Positions 11,713 to 24,900 of a stretch of DNA of 64,000 nt are shown here, piece by piece. The DNA is from Trichoplax adhaerens (lineage: Eukaryota > Animalia > Placozoa). Every line of letters starts with the position of its first letter. Position 1 is the first letter of the stretch. The notes beneath the pieces were generated by a model, which worked only from the letters and a program-made list of their open reading frames with translations, searched no databases and had not been told where the DNA came from. Both the position numbers and the translations under genes were made by a program. Where the stretch lies: the NCBI RefSeq assembly GCF_000150275.1, contig NW_002060944.1:6361102-6425101 (forward strand), in the 5' to 3' direction.

Positions 11713-13326
11713 TTAATGATTACAAATTTTTTTATGAATATTCTTATGTTTCATTAGGGTGCCTGATTGCGAAAATGACTTACCGCAAAGATCGCAAGAA
11801 TACGGTTTATGTCCGGAATGGACACGTTCATGTTTCCTAAGCTGACTTGAATCCGTAAAACATTTTGAGCAAGTTTTACAACGATAAGGTTTTTCTCCTG
11901 TATGAGTTCTTCGATGTTTCTTAAGATCATTGTTTTGAATAAATTTTTTCCCGCATATATCACAAGTATATCGTAAATCGCCATTGTGAATACGCTTATG
12001 GATTTTCAAATGGAAAGATTGCGTAAATGACTTTTGACAGATATTACACGTGTACGGTTTCTCTCCTGTATGAATTCTTTGATGTCTTTTGAGACTGTAC
12101 GCTCGCTGGAAGGTTTTATCGCAGCGTTGACACCGATAATGCAATAAATTAGCTTCATCTTCTTGAGGTATATTTATAGTTTTCGTATTTATGCGATAGT
12201 TATCTTCAATATTGACATCGATTTTCTGTACATTATTTTTATTTTCTTCGACGTTCGAAGAATTAACATTTTGTGGTAAATGTGAAATAGGTTGATCATT
12301 TTGAAGATTTTCCTCTTGCCTTTTAAAATTATGCAATAAATCATTTTCTAAACATTTCCTTTGACAAATATTAGATCTTTCCTGAACTGCACTATCGATA
12401 ACAGTCGAAGCTACATTGTCATTATTTATGTTAGTTGAGCAGGCATTATAATCACCTTCGTCAATAAAATGTAATTGTAGGCAATTCTTGGATCCTTGTA
12501 GTATGGTATCGATACTAAAATTCGTGAGTTGCTTTATCTTTGATAAATTTCTCTTCTTGTTTGGATGTCCATTTAGCTTTCTTCGAGAATATGATGATGA
12601 CGCTTTATTACTTTCATTATCAGCATTAGATGGAATAGCAAGTAGGCTATCAGAAAGTGTAGGTATCATTACAATTTCGTTTGCTTTAATAGAATCAGTA
12701 GAATTAATCGATGTGGAGATAGAACTACTTGAGGTTTGTACATTATTTGAAACTTGATAATTTGGAGTAGCCGGATCATGTTCCGATAATTGACCGCTAA
12801 ATTTCCAGTTATTTTCATTATTGATATGTAATAAAGCTGAATTAGACGCTATATTGTTATATTCACGAAAAATAAATGGTGGAAGTAAAGATGAATTCTT
12901 GTACAAGTGTATAGTAGGTATTTCGCTAATATAAGAATAAAGCTTTATAGCCTCTTCAGCAGATATCTTACTAACGACAGTAGCAGCTATTGAGAAGGAA
13001 ATTTTCAAAATTTTATCAACTATCTCTGTAACCTTTTGGTTGTACGGATAAAAGCATTGATACAAAAATCGGCAATGGTCTGCCATATTACGGAGCAAAC
13101 TCTTCAAGTTATTAGCTAATCTACCATCCTCTATGTTATCAAGTAATAGTTGCTGTAGTTTAATCGAATCTTGTAATAATCGTCTAGCTATTAAATTAGT
13201 TCCCATCGGTGATACATGGTGCTTAAAATATTCCTGAAATAACTCTAATAAGATATAACAAGTCGCTACTAATTCGCAAGCTTGGAATCCCTCGATGGTA
13301 GTTGTAATGCTATGAGAGTTCTCCAT
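11713..13326 (-). CDS. C2H2 zinc-finger transcription factor (5 fingers), paralogue of 211..1212, with eh1 motif and extra N-terminal helical region
   Basis: Long open frame; first ATG at 13326 (MENSH...) with an in-frame TAG upstream. Five fingers with TGEKP/NGDLR/TGEKP/SGHKP linkers; FSIDTIL at 12499-12519; finger 4 FTDSSQLRKHER is identical to the other copy. Confidence 0.92.
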   Translation of the reverse strand: MENSHSITTTIEGFQACELVATCYILLELFQEYFKHHVSPMGTNLIARRLLQDSIKLQQLLLDNIEDGRLANNLKSLLRNMADHCRFLYQCFYPYNQKVTEIVDKILKISFSIAATVVSKISAEEAIKLYSYISEIPTIHLYKNSSLLPPFIFREYNNIASNSALLHINNENNWKFSGQLSEHDPATPNYQVSNNVQTSSSSISTSINSTDSIKANEIVMIPTLSDSLLAIPSNADNESNKASSSYSRRKLNGHPNKKRNLSKIKQLTNFSIDTILQGSKNCLQLHFIDEGDYNACSTNINNDNVASTVIDSAVQERSNICQRKCLENDLLHNFKRQEENLQNDQPISHLPQNVNSSNVEENKNNVQKIDVNIEDNYRINTKTINIPQEDEANLLHYRCQRCDKTFQRAYSLKRHQRIHTGEKPYTCNICQKSFTQSFHLKIHKRIHNGDLRYTCDICGKKFIQNNDLKKHRRTHTGEKPYRCKTCSKCFTDSSQLRKHERVHSGHKPYSCDLCGKSFSQSGTLMKHKNIHKKICNH

Positions 13327-16300
13327 GTTGCTGCACAATGCATAATAACAATGACTGCGTTGTTCCTAGATAACATGATCTAAATACTTGTAGTATGCTT
13401 TATATATAAATATACAAGATATACAGTATAAACATATAGATGTAGATGGTGCGTTTCTATATGCTTAACATAATGGTATGACTATTATGGATATATATTG
13501 TAATGAAATTATTCTATGAATTTGTATTGCTAGGAACCTCTGCTTTAGTAACGTTTCTGCATATTAACATAAACTGGGAGCTTATATACAGTATCCTTAC
13601 TACTGTTTAACTTTATATGAAAATGATATTAAAAGAAATAAATAGTGGAACGAGTTATCACAAAAAGAGTATTTATAGGGTTTTTCCTCACGTAATACGG
13701 ATATTAAATGTTATAAGACGTTAACACTACCATCGCAACTACAGTTAGTCAATACATGTACGTGTGTTTCTATGGAAGCACGCATATGAGACAGAGGTAA
13801 AGAACGTCGTCTGATACCAGTTGTAATTAATATTCTAGATTACAGATAAGAGTCCTGTTAAGATCTTGATAGTATCGACGATTGAAGTCTTCCCGATTTG
13901 TATATTTAAGGATGAATCTTGTTGCAAGTTTTAGAAAGAAAAATATATTCTAACTCATAAACGCAGAAATTTAAAGCTCTGCAATCAGCTCTGCTTGGTA
14001 AATAAATGCGATTGTAAATTTCTACAGTTATTAATAACTATTAATAGAAATGCTTTTCTTCACAGATGGATCTTTCTCGTAATTTTAAATACCGAACAAT
14101 TACCTTGTATAGACGAAGTTGATAAACACGGAAATTATAACTTGCTTCGATGATTTCATTTCTGCTGCTGTATTGTAAAATTTTATTATCTAATGTCAAT
14201 GGAAGTTGCTCGATAGAATAGGTGATATTGTTAAAGTAAGTTACGATAGTAAGAGAGTCGCCTATTCTTACGTTTCATTGTAAAACTTTTATTATTTTAT
14301 CAATAATAAACGAGCATTACTAAATATAAGTCTTGTACAAACCACCGTTGAATGGAGTGTTGCATTAGCTATCTACATGGTTGTTATTGACTAATGCGGC
14401 AATCAATGATAGGATAGAGTAATAGCGCTATTTGGTCTGATCTGCTAATATTTAGAAGTGTTGCTTATATTCAAATGGTCTATGGAGTACCGTAACGCAT
14501 GTTTTACCATAGCATCTTACTCTGTTAGAAATCAACAGAATAGGACCCTTAATTATACAAGTGTTGACGCCTATTCCTAGTTATGTATCAGTTTTACTGC
14601 CAATGAAAGAATTTTATGCAAATTTAGTAAAATAATGTTTATCATTTTTAGGGCTGTTATTGTTTATCTATGGGTTATATATGTTAGTATGCACGTTTAT
14701 ATGCATAATACATATTCATTCATCTGTATTTATATTTTTAGGTTATGTAGATAACTCCTTATATCGATAAATACATGACCATGTACATGTAAATGGTCTT
14801 TTTTATATAAAGAGCGAAAGAAAGAGATGTGCAATTGTGCATGTAAAAAAGATACGTATACGCGGCTCATGTAATCATTCCGAGAAGGGCATCATTTAGT
14901 AGCAGTTACTAATAGAATTGAATGAATGATAAATGTTTTATTTTACAGGATAATTAAAACTAATTATTTCAAAGGGTTACCATTGTACGGCGAATGATTA
15001 AAATTTCTTATAAAGTCTAGATGTTATAGCAGTTATTATTTGATTGATTGGTGCAATGATTTCTTGATTTCATTCCTGTATTGTCGGGTTACAGCTAAAT
15101 TATAAGAGGCCCGAAGCTAAAAATATTGCATCCTGCAAGTTACTACATTAATGTAATCAATTTCATTATTTGATAAGGTAGTAACAACGTTGATCTCTAT
15201 ATTGTTTCGGACTATTCTATTTTAAAATAGCATTTTTCCATTCGTATGATAAAAAGGTTAATGTTTATTGACCATGCCGGTAAAGATACAAAGCACATTT
15301 GGAGCTGGATTAGTTCGTACTATGGTATCACGCAAGCTGGAAGAGTTGTTTTGTTCGTGCCCGCCGTAAGCAGTAAACCTAATGATTTACTTGCATACTA
15401 TTTATTTAAAAACAAATAAAAACGTTAAAGTACCTTACCGAATTGGCTACCTATTGATTTTATGCAAATCTGTTTACAAATTGTTTTTTGTTTCGGGCCT
15501 ACACCTTTCTAATTTACGTCATTCTGACGTGAAATAAAATCATTTTCGCTAGATACAGTTGAATTAGTGCAGCATTCTATTCAGCTTAAGTTCCATAAAG
15601 GAAAAGATTTACGTATAGAAATTATGTTATTATTTATCATTAATTGTTATATGTTTTCTGCTCTTTTTTGTCTTATAAATTGGTTAAACTTTAATTAAAA
15701 CGTTATTATTATCAACAAATTCAAATTTTAGAGACATGATAGAATCGCATCATTACAACTAGTTAACTTAAATTGTTAAATATTATCGTAAGGATGACCA
15801 AGAGAATGAACTGATTAAATTTTACTTTATTGGTAGATTGTATTACAAGTAATCGCAATATATAGCTAACTTGCTACATCTGATATTGAAAGCATTAGCA
15901 TAACAATTTGTCTACAGTATTACGATATTCACTGACATTAAGCTCCAGCTAAAGCATCTGAACTGAATTTCTAAAGTAATAGTTGCTACCTTGGTGTCAA
16001 ATTCAGTACCGTATTGGCATCGCTACATTCTTTAGTGATACTAAATCTTACACAATATCGGGTTGATTATTAGGCTATTACAATTACAAGAATTACATGC
16101 AAGTTTTGTTTTTAAGTAGTCATTATTATATTGCACTATATTATCTCAGAAAATTATGTTTGATAGCTGTACTAGAAAGAATAAACTGAAGGTGGATGCT
16201 ATTTAGCGGTATAATGAATCATCCGTTTATTTACCTTTTGTACCCACTTCCTAAGAATAAATAATAGTTAATAAATGAATGCGATGGAGGTAGTTTAATT

Positions 16301-18294
16301 TAAGGGCTATAACAATATCCAGTGCTGATGTTTGCTTCTGCATTAAGATAACATCATACGTGTCTTAATTGCAGAACATGGGAACTCACTCGATAATTAT
16401 TGTCTGCAGAGATGGAATAATTAATAAAAATGACGGCTAATAAAAAGGAAATACTGCATTCTAATTTCATCAGCTAACGATGTACATGAATAAATGATGG
16501 CATACGAAGGCTACCGTATACATGTAGCGTATTATTTCGGCACACAGCCCTAGATCTTGTCGTACTCAGCCTATGGGTTCTATCACAGTGAGGATTATCG
16601 TAACTAAAATCATAAATAGTCTCATAATTATTCAATAATTTACCCGCATTACTGATGATACTGATAGGGCTACACAACGAGGGATTCCAACTTGGCATTA
16701 TCAAGGTCTTGACAAAGCTATGATATCGTATTAATACCACAAAGATATGTTATAAAGGTCAGGATCGAAATAGTCCTATTTACTACACGCATGTAATGAA
16801 GGTTTTCTTAGCTCTAGTAGTAATGAAATATAGATTTACGAGTAAAAATTTATTTAATGTACATTATATTTTGACAGTATTAGCTTAATCATGTTGTTTA
16901 TAAAGGATAAAATACTGTATTTGGAGTTATTTTATGTGTTCTGTGAAATGAATATAAAATATGCAATTTTTAGCTATGGTGTTAAAGGTAATTATCTAGT
17001 CTTGTTTTTGGATTCCGAATTGAAAATCTTCTTTTAGTAAACAATAACTGGCTCACAAGTGAGATATGAGAGGCGCTATATACTACAGTAGAGGTGTACG
17101 TACATTAACTGCTGACAACGGATATACAACATATACAAGCAAGTTAATTGGCCTTTATTTGCTGTTTAACTTAAATATATGCAACAGCATAAAGTTATGT
17201 AATAAAAAATTGATATAACAGATAGTGGCTACAATGTGCACTAGTAGAAAACGTAAGTAAATTGATTTGGCCACCGTTAATGAATTCGTACAGGAGAAAT
17301 ATTTGCTGAATCGATTTGCACTCGATCTTACTCGACGATATAAGAAAATATAGAGATAGAACTGAGAGATTTCTCAGCTAGAATATACTGTAAAAGCATT
17401 GATGAAATTTTGATTAGAACGTTAATTTATCGTTGCGATGGTTAATTTTATATAGCTATATCGTGTGATAAGGAAAGCTACGAAGACGTGTAGGTAATCG
17501 TCTTTTCCTTAATGATCTATCGGCAGGAATGCGGAAGGTGTTATTTAATGTAATACCGCACTTCAAATGTAAATTAATGTTATTTATTTACTCTGTATTT
17601 CTGAATGAAAATAATTGACTGTACACATTAGCTATGGCTATATATGATATTGTTATTGGTTAATTAAAGAATCTTATTGATAATGTGTGAAGTTGAAAAT
17701 AAGTGCACGCCAACGTGCCGGCTAAGCGGATGTAGGAACCTTTATAGTAATATCCTAATTAACAACAGCAGGCACGGTCTGATGTTATTTTGTCTATCTT
17801 TATTATTATAATGCAATAGCCTGCAATTAAGCATGTTTATAGTAGTTACCTGCGTTATGAATCTTGATAGCTTTTATCAGTCTATCTGTATTAATAATAT
17901 ATAATGTATTATAAATTACAGTTGTTGGCACATTAGTAGACAGGAATAGTGCTAGCGGCATATTAAACCGTGTATGCAGCTACTTTCCTGTAAGTACGCA
18001 TACATCAATTCTCTCAATACTTATTCATTATAGTACAATAGTTATGGTTGTTATTTCTAGTTTTAGGCTATTGTATCTAAACCTTTACTTGTCGTGGTTG
18101 AAATTGTAAATAACAGTCTGAAAGTTATAAGTTCGATTGCAAGCATTTGATTTTAAATCCTTATTTTAAAGGTTACTAGCGTTTGCAGCTTATATAACGT
18201 GCATTCTGAAATAAAGCGTGGACATATTTTAATTTCATGCAATAGACAAGAAAAATGAGGCGTATTGAATAGTGAGGTATAATGCAAATAAATG

Positions 18295-18296
18295 AA

Positions 18297-18347
<51 letters not shown>

Positions 18348-18350
18348 ATA
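18295..18350. repeat. (AAAT)n microsatellite, about 14 units
   Basis: Uninterrupted aataaataaata... run. Confidence 0.97.
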
Positions 18351-19369
18351 GAAGCAAATAAATATCAAAGTGAAGTGCAATCGTTACAAACACGCTGCCA
18401 AGATACTGATAACTTTGCAGTAGGATACATCGTACATGTAGATTGCGGGATAATTCTATATTAAAGGTTTAACTACAACGTGCCCCTTCTTACTGTATTG
18501 CAAAAGACTGAATCGGGCAGGGTACCGTACTGCAAATGGATAATGGATGCCACATGCAGAGATAATTTTCTTAAATACTATACAGGTAGTGATGCGTGGC
18601 ATAAACGTCTGAAAGTTGCCGTTATTTTTGTGACGGAATAGGAAGTTGACGATTTTCTGTAAATCATATTAAAAAGATTTCCAACTGTCGTTTGATTTCA
18701 TGACATTTCATCTATGCTGTCAAGTCATACATTACATAAGAAAAATGGATCATTTTAAGCCCATTGAGTCCTCCGTAATTATTTAGCGGTCTTTGCTGAC
18801 ATTCATGCTGTAGTTACGTATTTATCCGGTTAAATAGATAGATTATAATATCAGGCATACCTTTTAAACGCATACTATATCTTTTAAATAGTGATCACTT
18901 TGATCAATAACAGGTGCAGCTTAGCTTGTCGAAATTATCCAATTACTGCAATTGAACATTAAATACTTTGTAAGACCGTATCACCTTATGTAAGCAGCTA
19001 CTGCATCATGGATAAGTACGCATGATGATTTTTTTTGTCGGTCTTTAAAATTTATCTGAGCTGATATCTGGTATGTTCCTGATTATCGTTCTTGGCCGAT
19101 TTGGAGTAGATTTATACGCCAATAAATTAGAAACACCTTGCACAATTCTAGGTACATTGACATTGGAGTTCCTAGGATCTAGTTGAGTGTCTGATGTAGT
19201 GCATATTATCTATATGATATACTCTCCTATTATTGCAGTCTCACTGTAAGCACTATATGCACATGCATTGATATTTGTTTTGATTTTTTGAAATGGACCT
19301 TATTTGGTATGAGCTCATTTCTGCGCAAAAGCTGTGTACAGTATGTACAATTGTACATTAGGTCCAGCC

Positions 19370-19537
19370 ATAATAACCCCGATTACTCAGATACTCAGCG
19401 TAAATAGCTTAAACGATGATACATTATTCTAAGAGTCTCTTTGAATAATCGCGTGAAATTTGAGGTACAGACTCTTAGAATAATGTATCATCGTTTAAGC
19501 TATTTACGCTGAGCATCTGAGTAATCGGGGTTATTAT
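19370..19537. repeat. 168-bp foldback: 69-bp arms (68/69 complementary) with a 30-nt spacer; MITE-like
   Basis: 19370-19438 is the reverse complement of 19469-19537 with one mismatch. Confidence 0.95.
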
Positions 19538-19799
19538 TGTACATGCCAATTATTGTCATATGCTAAAAAAATAGTTCTTTATTTACTAAAGTAAACTATG
19601 TGAGTATAACATTGTTTACAAGGGAAATGACAGCCTGCTTGGTGATATTTGCAATATAAACTCATCCGACAACTTTCGAACGTTCATTAATACCGGGCAT
19701 TAGAATCTGTTTCAAAGGTCAATCCAAAGACCTCTAACCTACAGCGTCATAATTTTGGTCATTTTGGTAGTAGCAGAGTTCGAAGCGAAAAAAGGTTTT

Positions 19800-20220
19800 T
19801 CTACAGTAAGTACTGTACGCCATACAGTGTATAGTACTGTACTGTACAGTACTATAGAAAATAGTGCTAACATACTGTACTGTAACCTACTCAGTATCGG
19901 TATGGTAGAGATGTCGCCAGACTGCACGATTGCACGTGCCACGTGGTTTTACAGTACTGTACAGTGCTGTACTGTACCGTACTGAAATGGACGTTTTTAA
20001 CATACAGTACTGTACTGTACTGTATCGCTACGCCGACCGGGATACTGTACAGTACAGTGTTACAGTGCACGATTACAGTATCATGTACGCTAATGTAATA
20101 ACTAACTACTGTACAGTACAGTATTAACCGTGCTGTCGCTTAGCCAAAGGTGATATTGCACGATATGTACAGTACTGTACAGTACTGTACATAGTACAGT
20201 ACATTATACAAGTACAGTAT
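19800..20220. repeat. Cluster of TACAG/TACTG pentamer arrays
   Basis: For example tacagtactgtacagtactgta at 20168-20189, with several more between 19800 and 20125. Confidence 0.9.
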
Positions 20221-21914
20221 GATGTGATTTAATGGCTAGCTAAACGTCGCCGACAGTGCAAGAGTCAAGACAGTCTTATTATTCTAAGTACCTTATGTCT
20301 GCCCAATAAAGCTTTGTTTTACACCTTAAGTACTATATACAGTATATTCCCTAATGTAATATACTGTAGTTCCAGGGTCAAATTGAAACACCCGGGTGCA
20401 CCAGAAGCTTGACCTACTGTACTCTAGACTAGTCTCCATTAGAAAAAGACCTGGACTGATCACTCCCTCAGACAGACGGACCTTTCTTACCAGATAACTC
20501 CATGAATATCGAAAAATAGCTACCTAGTATGGATCTTCCGCGTCTGTTTTCGAAATCACTGGTACTAATTCTAATAATATCGACAATCTTATATAACTGT
20601 CTCCAAACGGAACTGAGTAAAAAATAGTAAGATTTAGCGTAAAGTTACTTCATTTAGAGAATATGAGTCAATTCAAAATTGACCATCTGCATACTGAAGC
20701 ACTGTCATAATGAAGTGTTTGACACAATATTTTGACGAGATGAGGTCGAAAATGTCTGTCCATCCTAGAGTGATCAAATCCAATTTCACAGACAGAGCGT
20801 ACAGACGGCACAGTACAACTGTACAGTAAACTTGTAGAAATATTACAGTACTTACTTATTACTGTAGATTATAGTTTAGTTTATGATATAGTATGCTGAT
20901 GTCAGTCTCTGATTTATATTTCTAAGAGATTTGCTTTAAATTGAACTCAAATTCTACGTCAACAGATCCTTACAACCTTAAGCTTAACACCTGATATTTT
21001 TTTAATTAATTCATTTAATTTTTACTTTAGTACTGGTACAGTATTAACTTACTGTATTTGATCATCTACTGTACTTTGAAACAGTGGGATGATCTGGATC
21101 TTGGGTGATATTTCGTATGCTTGTTTACCAATTCAAGGACTATTTAATCTTCTATTGTAGTCCTTGACTAAGGAGAATAACTCTAATTTTTCGATACTAC
21201 TACAACAGTATACTAATGATGGCAATCTATAGCATAATAATGAGGCTCATGTCATGAGGGCACCCATGTGGGTGTAGGCTTCGAATGGGGTGATATCGTG
21301 ATATTTATGCTATGCTAACACTGATATTATTCGACCGAAGTACAATATTGTTATTTATTATTACTGGCACCATCCCCATCGCTTTATTGACGGTCTTTAC
21401 AGTACTTATTGATACATTTTACAGTACTGTACCGACATGCCAAGTACTGTACCGTACTGTATAACATAGCAATTAGACACAACACATACAGTACTGTAAG
21501 TACAGCATTACCTTGTAGTAACTGTATACTGCGCCAAGGCTGTATTTGCTAACAATAACCTGGAACTTCTGTACAAGTATTTGACCAATCGTCTCGCTCT
21601 GTAATTTAGACGACAACTGTGCAAATAAATTGGCATTGTAAATACTACCAATTTATTCATGTACACTTGTACATAGTAAAGCATTTTATACAGTATTATT
21701 AGTGTAATGAGAGTAAAGTACTGTACAGCGTACAGTAGAGATCTGTAGTGTCGACGTGGCGGTGGATTGGGGTTACTGGGGGTTACAAGGTGTACGAAGT
21801 TGGTCAATATCAACTTCTCACGCAGCTACGCGTTCGTCTTGCTTTAATACAAAAGGAAAGATTTGTGCTGTAAAGTGTATCATTAAAAATACTTGGTATA
21901 TACTCATCGATGAC

Positions 21915-24900
21915 ATGGCAGTGGTTATAGATTACAACGACATTTCAACCATTCAGACTGAGGGAGAAGCCGTAAGAATTTGGTGTGACGGATGGTAATG
22001 TTAATCCATGCAAATACTTCTATATACAGTATACTGTACGGTATATTAAGGTAGCGACAACTGACCCAACTGACTTTACTACGATGAGCTAAGTTGTACT
22101 ATGGTAGAGTAATAAGAGTTCAAGACAGATCATACTTTAGTGTCCATAGAAGCTGCTCTACTAACGATAGTGAAGTAAAATCAAGGTGGATGCTTTCTTT
22201 TGATGCTATTGACTTGTACAAAGTCTAGCTAAAATTCAGCTTTAATTAGTGTATTATATTATTAAAGGATGCGTGCGATCAATTGTATCGTCCACTACAA
22301 TTTGACAATAACAATAATACAGTACAGTACTGTAGGTAGATGATGTGAAGGGTAGGCCAGCCGTAGACAGTAATGACCCTTTTATACTTGAGCTGAACAG
22401 TACATTGTATAGGAAACAGATGTGTGTATGCGCGTTTATACTGTACAGTACAGCAGTCTATTGGTCGACTGTGCACTATACTGTAAATTATAATGTACTG
22501 TAATTGTGGTAGATTGAGTGGATTAATATTCACTGCGAAAAATTCAAATTTAAGAGCAAAATAACCCCAATTCGCTTATTGCTTGTTAAGTGTGTTTATG
22601 TTCACTTCATGAACGGGTAAATACGATACATTGAACCACATTGAGTGATTCTTATCCTACAAAGAGTAGAAAGTTAGTTGGAGTCTTGAATTTCTCATAT
22701 TCGAGCATGACAGTAACATAAGATAATATATATGTACTGTATATATTAAACCGATGTTACAATAAAAAGGGTGTTATAATGATAGCACAGTAATTCGTTA
22801 AGCCACTAAGTTGAGTAACACTGTAGTACTTATTTATCTTATTTTCACGCAGGGATTGTTAATTGACGAAAAGACTAGTAACTAGATCTCAAATCATGGT
22901 ACCGGCTCATATACGATAAGTTAATTTATTCATTTGAATGACATTCATTACGCAGTCGTGTTTACGGTGGGATTGATCAGCATCACTCTTCATTTACACA
23001 GTGTAAAAATGGATATTGGTTAATGTAGTTGGAAGCTAATTAATCCGAACAATTTCGACTAAATTAACCACTTCTTCCTGTCTTACGTCTAGTACTGTAT
23101 ATCTACGGCACAATATACGCCTTCGTTGAACAGAGGTGATAATTTGAGTCTCTGCTTGATGAGAGAAAATAATTTATATCGGCAATATTGAATTGCTATA
23201 AGAAATTTGGACAGTATTGTTGTAATCAATAGCACATATAGTGTCTGCAGCCTGCTGTGCGAGTCGTGTACTACATCATCAATATTTGTTGTATCGAAGG
23301 AGTAGAGTAGAAAGTAATCTATCAATATCAATCGCATAAACGATAGTTTTTATGAGGGATGATATAATTCATCAGTGGGCTCTTCCTTTTTGTCGATTCT
23401 ACTGTATGTGTAAGTAATCAGATGGCGACTTAAACGAAAATAGTGATAAAGTTTTTCTGTCTGTCTAGTCAAGCTATTGTTGAATACGTTTTACGGTACA
23501 TACTTATACAATAGAACCTTAACTATGATAACTAGCATTTTTAAATGATTGAGCCAGCTTTATAAGCTGAAACATTCTGTGGTTTAAGTTATAAATGTAA
23601 ACGTCTTGCACTTTAAGTACATTATTGATTATCATTATTTACATAGAGTGGTTATACAAGGTGGTATACGATCTAAGTTATCTTTGTAATCATCATTATT
23701 ATTTTCTCATAGTTTCGATATGATGCATTACGGCCACGCCAATGTCTTACGTCAGGTATGATAGTGATATCTTTACTGCTAAGGTTCATCTATGATTGGA
23801 ATTGTGTATCTTTCTATGAATAAAAATTTTAAAATGATGTAATGCCGCAATTACGGTCCATACTAGTTTATTATGGTATAAACTGTAGGGAGTAAATAAT
23901 TGTGATTATAAGTATTGTTTAATTAGTTTGCTTAGACTTTATAAAATTGTTTTTAATTGGTAGGCGAAATCATTTGGGAGCTTTTTAATTGCTGGTGTTC
24001 ATTCTAGCGGTAAGCTAATCCCTAATCTTAGATTATAATTATAAGATCATATAGCTTGTTTTCAATGGATTATTAAGAAGGTATGAAAATTTTTGGAGTA
24101 TAAATTTTAAACTGTGGGAATGGGCAATACATACATGCGAGTAATTTTTATGAAGGATTGTACTTTAAAGGAATTTTATACGCTGTAGCTATCTACTAAT
24201 TTCCTTTTATAATTATCAGTAAATGTGTTATGCATGAATGCTTAGATAATTTTATCGATTGCAATCCTAATCCATTTAATTTGAACAATACCCTTGAATT
24301 AGAAAAATCGAATGTCTAGTCATAGTGATTACATCTGCGAGTACCTGTGTACAGTGCTCCATTTTATTGGTATCTTACAGTATTTGATGATAAGGGTATG
24401 TACGGAACGTACAGTATCATTTGTGGCTTTAGTTTATCGTTTTTAATTTGTACTGTCATTCCAATAATTCGATAGGTTACCTCTTTCCTACTACGTTACT
24501 CGTTACCAAGTTTATATAACTTATTATTAACTGAATGATTTCAACTATATCTTTGTTTACGAATTTAATGTATTACTCTGTAGAAGAAATTGCGAAGAAC
24601 AAGGGTCCACCGGTACTGACCTTAGATGAAAGGTCTAATTAAATGAAGATGTTTTTTATATAATAATTATATATAATATCTAGCATATGCATTTATGCTT
24701 TAATGTTCGTCTATTCTTATGTTAATTAGAGCAAAGCTTTTAGGATCTGTTAGATGGGTAGATCAGGTTAGGAAGGCTAGTTTCAGTCGCTATATGGAGT
24801 ATAGATTAACGTATTCTATGTGCAAATTTATTTTTGACCATTTATTGACCTTGATTATTGAAGGTGGTAATAAATGCTCCCTATTCAACCTCAGTAAAAA

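Noticed and set aside
18153-18380. 75-aa ORF with FIYL repeats
   Set aside because: Translation of the (AAAT)n microsatellite.
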